Assembly (NCBI GenBank): GCA_035390665.1
Contig: DAOOUC010000006.1
Location: 1-32,000, forward strand
DNA from: an archaeon
Lineage (GTDB): Archaea; Iainarchaeota; Iainarchaeia; Iainarchaeales; CSSED10-239
Length of the DNA: 32,000 nt
Direction: 5' to 3'
This document shows, one piece after another, positions 16,675 to 24,828 of the stretch. Every line of letters begins with the position of its first letter. Position 1 is the stretch's first letter. The position numbers were made by a program, and so were the translations under genes. The notes beneath the pieces are model-generated. The model worked only from the letters and a program-made list of their open reading frames with translations. It did no database searches and was not told the origin of the DNA.

Positions 16675-18300
16675 ATGAAATTAAAAGCATTATCTCCAAT
16701 AATAGCAACAATTCTTTTAGTAGTAGTTGCAGTAATTCTTATAACAATTATTCTAACTTGGGGAAAAGAATTTTCAACAAGCAGCTTAAATAAAACAAAC
16801 AATTTTGGAGATTTAAAAGCATCAGATGCAACAAATTTCATTTATCCAAAATCTGCACAAAATGGAATAATGCAATTTACTTATTCTCCACCAAGTCAAA
16901 TAACAGAAGACATAAATATCACACACTATCGTGTGCTTAATATTACAGAGATGACTGAACCAATTGCTTTAGAAGAACCTACAATTTTAACAAACACAAA
17001 TATTTTAGAACTTCCTTGTCTTTATGAATACAGCACAATAACACCAGATCTTACAATACAACTTATCACAGCAGAAAATACATACATTAATATAAAAACA
17101 AAAGACCCTGGAATGGTTTGTTCTCCTGGAGGAACAGGAACAGAAGCTGATCCAATTATCATTTGTGATGCAGAAGATTTAAACAATATAAGAAATGATT
17201 TAGATGCAAATTATTCTTTAGGAAAAGATATTGATTTACAATGCTTTTCAAGAAGAGATGAAAATGGTTGGGAACCTATCGGAAATACCGGTAGTGGAAA
17301 TTATTTTACGGGATCATTAAATGGTAATAATCATATAATCAATAATTTATATATCAATAGACCTGCAACAGATATTGTTGGATTATTTGGGATTATTAAT
17401 GGAGAACTTGATAATATTGGATTAACCGACGTAAATATAACTGGGGGACATATAACTGCTGGATTAGTGGGAGATTATGAAACCTCAGGCACTTTAATTT
17501 TAAATAATAGTTATGTTACTGGAAATATTTCAGGAAATTATATTGTTGGAGGTTTGGTGGGATATAATGAAGCCTATATTGATAATTGCTATTTTTCAGG
17601 AAACATTATAGATACTAATGCAGTCGGGTATTGTATTGGTGGATTAATAGGTATGCAAAATTGGACTAACATATCTAATAGTTATTCTACAGGCACAATA
17701 ACAGTAACTTCACCATCTAGTCAAACTGGCGGATTAGTAGGATATGCCGATGGTAATATCTCTAATTGTTATTCTACAGCAAATGTAATAGGGCAGGATT
17801 ATGTCGGAGGATTAGTGGGTTACTATTATTTTAATACCATTTCGTCTAGTTATGCTACCGGAGATGTTAATGGAAAAAAATATGTAGGTGGGTTTGCGGG
17901 CTATAATGATGGTTCAGATTCTGCTGCTGGTACTTTAAATATTTCTAATAGTTATTCTCTTGGAGATGTAACTAGAATTTCTGGTTTAGATCAAAATATT
18001 GGAGGGTTTGTAGGATTTAATAAAAAAGGAGCAATTATAAATTCTTATTCTACGGGTTCAGTTTCAGGGAACAGTTGGACGCCAACAGATAAAGGCTTTG
18101 TCGGGGCAATAACTACTGGTGGCAATTATGCAGACACAAATAATTTTTATGATACTACAATATCTTTACAAACTTCCACAGCAGGTAATGCTGTTGCAAA
18201 GACTACAGCACAAATGAAAACTCAAAGTACTTTCTCTGGATGGGATTTTTCAACAGTTTGGAATATTACAGAAGGAGTTACTTATCCTTTCTTAAGATAA
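16675..18300 (+). CDS. Surface protein: archaeal class-III (type IV pilin-like) signal peptide + GLUG-motif repeat domain
   Basis: MKLKA|LSPIIATILLVVVAVIL matches the archaeal pilin/flagellin N-terminal motif (K-A/G then LSPxIATxLL). The central part reads GTGTEADPIIICDAEDLNNIRNDL..Y.LGKDIDL...WEPIG. About 8 repeats of (V)GGLVGY..x..I.NSY(S/A)TG follow. The alternative start 16657 adds 6 aa. Confidence 0.75.
   Translation: MKLKALSPIIATILLVVVAVILITIILTWGKEFSTSSLNKTNNFGDLKASDATNFIYPKSAQNGIMQFTYSPPSQITEDINITHYRVLNITEMTEPIALEEPTILTNTNILELPCLYEYSTITPDLTIQLITAENTYINIKTKDPGMVCSPGGTGTEADPIIICDAEDLNNIRNDLDANYSLGKDIDLQCFSRRDENGWEPIGNTGSGNYFTGSLNGNNHIINNLYINRPATDIVGLFGIINGELDNIGLTDVNITGGHITAGLVGDYETSGTLILNNSYVTGNISGNYIVGGLVGYNEAYIDNCYFSGNIIDTNAVGYCIGGLIGMQNWTNISNSYSTGTITVTSPSSQTGGLVGYADGNISNCYSTANVIGQDYVGGLVGYYYFNTISSSYATGDVNGKKYVGGFAGYNDGSDSAAGTLNISNSYSLGDVTRISGLDQNIGGFVGFNKKGAIINSYSTGSVSGNSWTPTDKGFVGAITTGGNYADTNNFYDTTISLQTSTAGNAVAKTTAQMKTQSTFSGWDFSTVWNITEGVTYPFLR
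17374..18115 (+). repeat. Intragenic tandem array (~8 units, ~28-32 codons each) of GLUG-type repeats
   Basis: Recurring GGLVGY / GGLIGM / GGFAGY / GGFVGF cores, each followed by I(S/D)N(S/C)Y(S/A/F)(T/L/S)G. Confidence 0.7.
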
Positions 18301-18366
18301 TTAAAATAAACATTATTTATTGGACAAATATCAATTTATAATAATTTCTTTAACTAATCTATCTAT

Positions 18367-18438
18367 GGGCTTCTAGTTCAATGGTAGAATATCTCCTTCG
18401 CATGGAGAAGGTTGCGAGTTCGAGTCTCGCGAAGTCCA
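18367..18438 (+). tRNA. tRNA-Ala (anticodon CGC)
   Basis: Acceptor GGGCTTC/GAAGTCC with G3:U70, anticodon stem TCTCC/GGAGA with loop TTCGCAT, T-arm GCGAG-TTCGAGT-CTCGC. TATA (TTTATAATAA) lies about 30 nt upstream. Confidence 0.85.
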
Positions 18439-18575
18439 TGAGAGCCGGTTTCGGTCGTGCTAAACAAATCGCATCTGTGATTTCTTGGCATCCAGAAAAC
18501 TTATAGTTTTCTTGAGCTCGCGCCCAATGGTGTCGGTTCGTGCGCAATGGATTTCGCGGTTATCCGCAATGATTA
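18439..18575 (-). ncRNA. GC-rich element abutting the tRNA-Ala(CGC) 3' end (copy B; inverted and rearranged relative to 7029-7104). The transcribed strand is unknown.
   Basis: Read on the minus strand it contains GCGGATAACCGCGAAATCCATTGCGCACGAACC, which matches 7056-7088 at 26/33 positions. It also contains TGCGATTTGTTTAG (cf. 7029-7043) and CGAAACCGGCTCT (12/13 vs 7092-7104). Confidence 0.4.
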
Positions 18576-18591
18576 ATTTATATTTATTTCT
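18571..18591 (+). promoter_or_regulatory. Promoter (TATA TTTATATTTA) for tRNA-Ala(AGC)
   Basis: GATTAATTTATATTTATTTCT recurs at 18695-18715 with one mismatch. The TATA box ends 24 nt before the tRNA 5' end. Confidence 0.5.
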
Positions 18592-18609
18592 CTGGTTAAT
18601 TATATTAAA

Positions 18610-18681
18610 GGGCTTCTGGCTCAACGGTAGAGCACTTCCCTAGCACGGAAGGGGTTGCGAGTTCGAATCTCGCGGAGTCCA
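18610..18681 (+). tRNA. tRNA-Ala (anticodon AGC)
   Basis: Acceptor GGGCTTC/GGAGTCC with G3:U70, D stem GCTC/GAGC, anticodon stem CTTCC/GGAAG with loop C-T-A-G-C-A-C, T-arm GCGAG-TTCGAAT-CTCGC. T-run follows. Confidence 0.8.
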
Positions 18682-18694
18682 CTTTTAAAAAAAA

Positions 18695-18715
18695 GATTCA
18701 TTTATATTTATTTCT
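18695..18715 (+). promoter_or_regulatory. Promoter (TATA TTTATATTTA) for tRNA-Ala(UGC)
   Basis: GATTCATTTATATTTATTTCT is the second copy of the 21-nt promoter block. Confidence 0.45.
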
Positions 18716-18765
18716 TTAATTATATATATTAGTAATCAAGCAATTTTTGTTTTAAATTCTTAGAT

Positions 18766-18837
18766 GGGCTCCTGGCTCAATGGTAGAGTACTTCCCTTGC
18801 ACGGAAGGGGTTGCGAGTTCGAGTCTCGCGGAGTCCA
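18766..18837 (+). tRNA. tRNA-Ala (anticodon UGC)
   Basis: Acceptor GGGCTCC/GGAGTCC with G3:U70, anticodon loop CTTGCAC. It differs from the AGC copy at only 5 of 72 positions. Followed by the hairpin GCGTTTTTCTT-TC-AAGAAACACGC. Confidence 0.88.
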
Positions 18838-18945
18838 TGCGTTTTTCTTTCAAGAAACACGCGGAAAAGAAACTACTTATTTTGCTATTCTATTTTTTAG
18901 ATAACTTTATAAATTATATATTTCTATATTATATTGTGATAATTT

Positions 18946-19170
18946 ATGCCTGTAATTAAACCAAAGCAAGTAAAAAGGCCAGCAAAAAGAATTGCTCCTA
19001 AAACTTTAGAAAATATGAGAAAAAAAACTGCAATTATGACAGATTTAAAAAAGTTAGTAGATAATTTAGGGAAACCAAATCCGGAATTACAAAAAAGATT
19101 GGACGAAAATGCAATAAGAAATAATAGAGTTCCAAGAAACGGACTAAAATTAAGACAATCTAAGAAGTGA
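18946..19170 (+). CDS. Small basic hypothetical protein (74 aa)
   Basis: ORF with a TATA-like CTTTATAAATT about 30 nt upstream. Lys/Arg-rich, no recognisable motif. Confidence 0.45.
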   Translation: MPVIKPKQVKRPAKRIAPKTLENMRKKTAIMTDLKKLVDNLGKPNPELQKRLDENAIRNNRVPRNGLKLRQSKK

Positions 19171-19176
19171 AAAGAT

Positions 19177-19911
19177 ATGATAGATTTTAAAAAAGCATTA
19201 ACTAGTTTTTATTCTGGTATTAAATGGTATTATATTGTTTTTATATTGGCAATTGCTTGCCTTTCTTTGATTAATGATACAATGGCTATTGTTTCTTTAA
19301 TGCTAACATTGATATTTGGAATATCTATTTTTGGTTTAAAACTTACAGATAAATTAAAAACACCAAAAAAAACAGTTGTCCCAATCTTAAAAAATTCAGG
19401 AATGTTATTATTAATATCAATAATCTTCTTGATTGCTCAATATGTATTAATGATAATCGGAATGATTCCATTCTTACTAATTGCTAAAGATCCAAGTATG
19501 TTAGTTAACCCTTCTGATTTTGAAGTATTATTATATTCTACACCTGGTTGGCAATTAATTATTGCAGCAATTGTTTTATTGATATTTGTAATGGGTGCAA
19601 TAATCTTAGAACTATTTAAAATATTCGGAATGACAAGATATTTTAAAACAGAAAAATTTGTAGAAATATTTGATATTAAAGATAATTTAAAACAAATATT
19701 TACTAAAGACTACTTAACAATAATTATATTTTTATTTGGAATAATATTTATAAGCATAATAAAAATATCAATTATTTTCTTTTTACTTACATTAATCCTT
19801 AATGAAACAATTTCAGGATTAATTACAAGTGCATTTTTGATAATTATTGCTTTAATTGTTATAATAATACACTATTCTTTAGTTTATGATAAGCTTTATA
19901 ATAAAAAGTAA
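19177..19911 (+). CDS. Hypothetical polytopic membrane protein
   Basis: About 6 hydrophobic helices. Starts 7 nt after the preceding ORF. Confidence 0.55.
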   Translation: MIDFKKALTSFYSGIKWYYIVFILAIACLSLINDTMAIVSLMLTLIFGISIFGLKLTDKLKTPKKTVVPILKNSGMLLLISIIFLIAQYVLMIIGMIPFLLIAKDPSMLVNPSDFEVLLYSTPGWQLIIAAIVLLIFVMGAIILELFKIFGMTRYFKTEKFVEIFDIKDNLKQIFTKDYLTIIIFLFGIIFISIIKISIIFFLLTLILNETISGLITSAFLIIIALIVIIIHYSLVYDKLYNKK

Positions 19912-19946
19912 AGCTTTTTATTCTCTTTTTCTCTTTATTTATATAT

Positions 19947-20190
19947 AGTAGCTGGTGTTTTGGTTGTTTTGGGTTTCTAATCCAAAAAGGAAAGTCCACT
20001 CACTAGGTTAAAATTGTTTTTTGAGTAGAAAGGAACACGGCTTCTTGTCATTCAACAGATGATGTGTTAAACTGATGGACAAGAAGAGAGGCTGAAAAAT
20101 TGCAAAAGACAATTCTAGTGCAAGGAAGTCAAACTTCTGCTTAGACAAATAAACCAAATTAGTACAGAAAGTGGCTTATAGCCAGTTACT
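19947..20190 (+). ncRNA. rnpB: RNase P RNA (short, ~244 nt)
   Basis: P1 pairing AGTAGCTGG (19947-55) with CCAGTTACT (20182-90). CR-I-like AGGAAAGTCCAC, AGTGCAAGGAAG, and CR-V-like ACAGAAAGTGGCTTATAGCC. Confidence 0.8.
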
Positions 20191-20809
20191 ATATTTTTTC
20201 TAATCTTTTTATAGATCTTTTTAAATTAATTCTGGCTTTTTTTTCATATTTTTTTCTATAGAAATCAGTATTATAAATATTTGATTTTTGTAAAAAGTAA
20301 AGTAATACTTTTATTCTTCCATCTTTGTATTTTTCTAACGGAACCCAATAATATTCTTTTCTAATATTATTTTCATATTTATCAAATTCTTTTTTGGATT
20401 GCCCAAAAATACACAAGTCAATATCTTGTAATAATCTTTCTTCCTTTTTTCTAGATGTTTTCTGATGTTTTGTAGAAAGTATTAATGATGTCGTTTTATT
20501 TATTAATTTATTAGATAATTTTGCTTTTTTTAAAACTTTTACAAGATATTTTGCAGACATTTCTTCGTTATCATTATCTTTTGTATCGTAGATTATATCG
20601 TGATACCAAATAGCAAGTTCAATTAAATCAAAATCATATTTGTCTTTAGTTTTTTTAAAATTATCTAATTCTTTTAAACACATTTTTATATGTGATAAGT
20701 TATGATAATATCTTTTTTTGGAATAAAGTGTATTTAAATTATTAAATTCAATAATTGGATCACTTTTCGCATTAATTTGCTTCCATAACTTAATAAATTT
20801 TGATTTCAT
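20189..20809 (-). CDS. HD-superfamily metal-dependent phosphohydrolase (COG4339-like)
   Basis: YHNLSHIKMCL ... AIWYHDIIYD fits the H...HD pattern of this family. Confidence 0.6.
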   Translation of the reverse strand: MKSKFIKLWKQINAKSDPIIEFNNLNTLYSKKRYYHNLSHIKMCLKELDNFKKTKDKYDFDLIELAIWYHDIIYDTKDNDNEEMSAKYLVKVLKKAKLSNKLINKTTSLILSTKHQKTSRKKEERLLQDIDLCIFGQSKKEFDKYENNIRKEYYWVPLEKYKDGRIKVLLYFLQKSNIYNTDFYRKKYEKKARINLKRSIKRLEKI

Positions 20810-21945
20810 TTTAGATTTAATTCTTTTATTATATTGTCGATTATTTTATTTAGAACTTCTTTATTTTTATTAAATTCTTCAGAATTATCAAAAATCCACA
20901 ATTTTCCGTAATTATTTTTTACTATTATTTCTTCTAAATTATTTTTCTTTTGTATATAGTCAAATTGGCTATTTAATCTTCTATCTATCTGTTCACTAGT
21001 TAGTTTTCTAGAGAATAGTCTTTGTTTTTGAATATCTTTATCTACTTTAACAACTAATACATTATTATTACAAAGATATGTAAGATTAGATTCTGCAATT
21101 AATGCAGCATTAATTATTATGAGTCCTTTTTTACCATATATTTCTTTTCTTAATCTTACTAATATTGGAGTATACATTATTTCATTTAATTGCTTTAATT
21201 TTTCATTATTATTAAATACAATTTCTCCAAGAATTTTGCGATCTATTGTTCCATCAGATTTCTTTATATTTTCTCCAAAAGTTTTAATTAATTGATTTCT
21301 GATTTTCTCATATTTTTCATCTTTTAATTCAGAGAGAATCTTGTGCCCCAAATGATCTAATTCAATATTGTGTGCCTCTATTCCTTTTTCTTTACATAGT
21401 TCTAAAATTTGTTCACAAACAAAAGATTTCCCACTTCCAATTTCTCCAGTTACTCCTATAATAAACTGATTAGATAATTTTCTTTCAATCTCTTGCTTAA
21501 CATTTAAAGGTACATATTCATGTACAAATCCTTGTTCTTTCTGAATTCCTTTTACTACACTTGAACTTACATGAGCAAGTTCTGGTCTTGCAAAAAGAAT
21601 AAAAGTATCAATACCTAATTTTTGACTATCTCCTACTTGATGTAAAATATTTTCATAATCAAAATCAGCAGAATTTCTTACACCTTTAACTATAACATCT
21701 ATGTCATTTTCGTAAGCATAATCCACTAAAAGTCCAGAAAAAGAGACTACTTTTACATTATTTAAATCAATTAAGGATTTTTTAGCAAGAGATAGTCTTT
21801 CTTCTAGAGTAAACAAATAATTCTTACTGGGATTTACTCCAATTCCAACAACGACTTTATCAAAAACTTTAGAAGCTCTCTTAATTATGTCAATATGTCC
21901 AAAAGTAATTGGATCTCCAGAAAATGCATACATTGCTGTTGTCAT
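20806..21945 (-). CDS. coaDE: Bifunctional bacterial-type phosphopantetheine adenylyltransferase (CoaD) / dephospho-CoA kinase (CoaE) fusion
   Basis: N-terminal half: FSGDPITFGHIDIIKRA, NPSKNYLFTLEER, GLLVDYA, VKGVRNSADFDYE, SSSVVK (CoaD). C-terminal half: IGVTGEIGSGKS P-loop and CoaE-like remainder. The stop overlaps the HD gene start by 4 nt. Confidence 0.8.
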   Translation of the reverse strand: MTTAMYAFSGDPITFGHIDIIKRASKVFDKVVVGIGVNPSKNYLFTLEERLSLAKKSLIDLNNVKVVSFSGLLVDYAYENDIDVIVKGVRNSADFDYENILHQVGDSQKLGIDTFILFARPELAHVSSSVVKGIQKEQGFVHEYVPLNVKQEIERKLSNQFIIGVTGEIGSGKSFVCEQILELCKEKGIEAHNIELDHLGHKILSELKDEKYEKIRNQLIKTFGENIKKSDGTIDRKILGEIVFNNNEKLKQLNEIMYTPILVRLRKEIYGKKGLIIINAALIAESNLTYLCNNNVLVVKVDKDIQKQRLFSRKLTSEQIDRRLNSQFDYIQKKNNLEEIIVKNNYGKLWIFDNSEEFNKNKEVLNKIIDNIIKELNLK

Positions 21946-22001
21946 AAATATCTTATCTTATTATACATTTTATATTTGTTTTGATTGTTAATTTTTATAT
22001 T

Positions 22002-22814
22002 ATGCCACTAAGAAATATTACTTTAGGCTCAAGATTAAGATCCAAAGTAAGAACAATTAGAAAGATAACAACAAAAGATAATGGAAAAGTAGCAATAACT
22101 GTTGATCCAAAAACAAAAACACGATTTTATACTAAAGTTGAAAAAAACCAATTTAATCTTCCTTCAAGAATCACACACATGACCCCTGAAGCCCATAGAA
22201 TATTAAAAGAAAATCCAGAATTACCTAATTTTCTAAAACAAGAGCTTTCTCAAAAAGGTAAAAGAATAGATGCAAGATTAGAAACAAGAAATGGAATATT
22301 TATCTTAAGAGATTTTGAAAATAATGGTTTAACAAATAATGGAACATTTAGTTTATGGTATATGGATAAAAAAACAACCACAAATAAAACTTATTTTATA
22401 AAAAGATATCCGAATCTTACAAGTTGGGGTAATGCAGAAGCTGAATTTCTCGCGGTTAAAGAAATGGAAAGATTAGGATTTAATATAATTAAACCACAAT
22501 TTGCAATTACCGATATAGCAAAAACACCTAATATTATTATTTATGATTATACTAATCTATTATCTTATCCTCAAGCAGTAATAAAAAGAAAAATAAGTGG
22601 TAGTGAAATACTTAAAATAGAAGAAACTTTTACTAAATTAGTAAAATCTCCTGCATTAAAAAATCTAAATGATTTTCACACATTTACATATAGGGTTTCT
22701 CCTAATAAGAACGTCTTTATTAAAAGATTATCTAATGGTAAATTAAAACTATATTTTACTGATATCTATTGGGAAGAAGAAGCATATAAAAGAAAGAGAG
22801 AAGAATATCTATGA
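22002..22814 (+). CDS. Hypothetical protein, paralogue 3 of the family
   Basis: The ORF-track start 21981 is a TTG inside the TATA region, so ATG 22002 is preferred. Motifs: VAITVDPKTKT, ILKENPELPNFL, TYFIKR, WGNAEAEF, GFNIIKP, NIIIYDY, SPNKNVFI, LYFTDI. The stop overlaps the tdk start (ATGA at 22811-22814). Confidence 0.6.
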   Translation: MPLRNITLGSRLRSKVRTIRKITTKDNGKVAITVDPKTKTRFYTKVEKNQFNLPSRITHMTPEAHRILKENPELPNFLKQELSQKGKRIDARLETRNGIFILRDFENNGLTNNGTFSLWYMDKKTTTNKTYFIKRYPNLTSWGNAEAEFLAVKEMERLGFNIIKPQFAITDIAKTPNIIIYDYTNLLSYPQAVIKRKISGSEILKIEETFTKLVKSPALKNLNDFHTFTYRVSPNKNVFIKRLSNGKLKLYFTDIYWEEEAYKRKREEYL

Positions 22815-23380
22815 GTGGAATATTAACTACAATTGTTGGGCCAATGTTTTCTGGTAAAACAACAGAACTTTTGCGTTTGATGGATAGAGAATTGATTGCT
22901 AAAAGAAGTTCAATTCTATTTAAACCAAATATAGATAATAGATACTCAAAAGAAGAGGTTGTTAACCATAACGGTATTGGAAGAAAAGCACTAATTGCTT
23001 GCTGTTCTAAAGATATTTTAAATAAAGTTTTAGAATTAGAAAAAACCGAAAATATAGAAAACATATTTATTGATGAAGTTCAATTTTTTGATTCAGGAAT
23101 AACTGATGTTATTAAAAAAATTAATGATTTAGGAATAGACATATATACTTGTGGACTTAATCAAACCTTTAAAGGAGAACCATTCCCGTTTAAGGATGGA
23201 GAAAAAGACATAGGTTATCTTATGGCTATAAGTGATTATGTTATATCTATTGATGCTGTTTGTAATGAATGTGGAAACAAAGCCACAAAGACATATAGGA
23301 AAGGAAAGGAAGAAGAAACAGTAATTGTTGGTGGGCAAGACTTGTATCAAGCAAGATGTAAAAATTGTTGGAATAAATAA
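22811..23380 (+). CDS. tdk: Thymidine kinase
   Basis: GPMFSGKTTELL P-loop, IDEVQFF, a C-terminal zinc motif CNECG...and RCKNC. Confidence 0.9.
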   Translation: MSGILTTIVGPMFSGKTTELLRLMDRELIAKRSSILFKPNIDNRYSKEEVVNHNGIGRKALIACCSKDILNKVLELEKTENIENIFIDEVQFFDSGITDVIKKINDLGIDIYTCGLNQTFKGEPFPFKDGEKDIGYLMAISDYVISIDAVCNECGNKATKTYRKGKEEETVIVGGQDLYQARCKNCWNK

Positions 23381-23438
23381 TTATATTTATAAATTATTGG
23401 GACTTATAAATTTAAAACAAAAAGGAGAAAGATAAAAT

Positions 23439-23867
23439 ATGGCAGAAGAATCAATTCAATTTATAGCAAATTTTGATAAATTTGTTTCTATTAAGAAACT
23501 AACAATTGACAAAGAAGTTGGACCAAAAGAAGTTATTGAATTTCTTACAAGTGTTCAGTTTACTACATCTCAAAAAATAAAAGACTATATTGGTAAGATA
23601 ATAGATGTTAAAAGCTTTGATGAAAAAACCAAAAAACTTTATGCACTAAATCTTGGACAATTTATGGAAGAAGTTAATTCAAATGGAACAAAGAAAATAA
23701 TTAAAGAATTTATACCTGCAACAATGGAAAAGAAAGAAGAAAAAGATGCATATATTGAACTTTTAAAAGTTTACTTGATAGAAAAATATGCTGCAGAAAA
23801 AAAGATAGTCATCGGGGCACACCATATTGTCTTTCCAGCAAATAAAAAGTTAATGAAGAAGAAATAA
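23439..23867 (+). CDS. Hypothetical protein (142 aa)
   Basis: ORF preceded by AAGGAG. No recognisable motif. Confidence 0.5.
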   Translation: MAEESIQFIANFDKFVSIKKLTIDKEVGPKEVIEFLTSVQFTTSQKIKDYIGKIIDVKSFDEKTKKLYALNLGQFMEEVNSNGTKKIIKEFIPATMEKKEEKDAYIELLKVYLIEKYAAEKKIVIGAHHIVFPANKKLMKKK

Positions 23868-23868
23868 A

Positions 23869-24750
23869 ATGAATTTTTCAGAAAAATTAAAACTAAGATG
23901 GGATTTATCTCTTTTCTCTCTTGTTATAACAAATATAATTGTAATTGTTATAGCTATTATTCAGAAATGGGACTTTCCAATATTGTTTTCAGTATATATA
24001 GCACAAACTCAAATAATTGCTTTCTTTTATTTCTTTAAAATAATATTTAAAAAAAACACAATAACTTATGGATTAACAATTAATAAGAAAACAATTAATC
24101 CGACAATTACTAATAAATTAATTTTAGCATTACTTTATTATGGTGGTTTTTATCTGGTTATGAGAATTGTTTATTTTTTTGCTCAGTTCTTGAGTTTTAC
24201 AATGCCAGGACTGAACCTTTCTAAAATGGCAACTGCTTTTGTGGGTATTGTTATTTTTTTTATAAATCATCTAATCTCATTTATAGTTAATTTTAAAATA
24301 GATTCAGAAAAAGAAGAAACATTAAAAGAATTAATGATTGCTCCGTATTTAAGAATTATACCAATCATTATAATTAGTTTCTTTGGTATTTTACTTAATT
24401 TTTTATCAATTATATTTTTAATATTAAAAGCAATTGTTGATATTTATAGTCATAACTATATACATCAAATGAAAGACGACTATTTGAAATATAAGGTAAA
24501 GAATAAAACAAAAGAAAATCCAAAAACAAATTTAATAAAAATTAAATCATCAGTTGCGCCTTTTGTCAAAGGTCTAGTAATCTATTGGATAGTATCTGTT
24601 GCAATTTTTATTGTTTTATTATTTTTAATATTAGGTGCAATAGTAAATTTTTGGTTTTATATAGCCTCAGGATTATCTTTAATTGTTACAATATTACTAA
24701 TTCTTGTTTTCCTTAAACATTTTAAAAGAATCAACGAGTCAGACAAATAA
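23869..24750 (+). CDS. Hypothetical polytopic membrane protein (293 aa)
   Basis: Starts 1 nt after the previous stop. Multiple hydrophobic helices. Confidence 0.55.
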   Translation: MNFSEKLKLRWDLSLFSLVITNIIVIVIAIIQKWDFPILFSVYIAQTQIIAFFYFFKIIFKKNTITYGLTINKKTINPTITNKLILALLYYGGFYLVMRIVYFFAQFLSFTMPGLNLSKMATAFVGIVIFFINHLISFIVNFKIDSEKEETLKELMIAPYLRIIPIIIISFFGILLNFLSIIFLILKAIVDIYSHNYIHQMKDDYLKYKVKNKTKENPKTNLIKIKSSVAPFVKGLVIYWIVSVAIFIVLLFLILGAIVNFWFYIASGLSLIVTILLILVFLKHFKRINESDK

Positions 24751-24828
24751 ATGGAATAAACAGTAGGTATTTATATAATTTTTCTTTCTTAATTATTATA
24801 TCAAGCAATTGATTAAAAGGAAAATTAT

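Noticed and set aside
18359-18547. 62-aa minus-strand ORF
   Set aside because: It is antisense to tRNA-Ala(CGC) and runs through the GC-rich element, so it is an artefact of GC-rich non-coding sequence.
18439-18575. Possibility that the GC-rich 137-nt segment after tRNA-Ala(CGC) is a 5S rRNA or an SRP RNA fragment
   Set aside because: CCATTGCGCACGAACC vaguely recalls the 5S loop C CCGAAC region. However, I could not form helix I from the ends, there is no GAAGTTAAGC-like strand or loop E, and the length and structure do not fit SRP RNA either.
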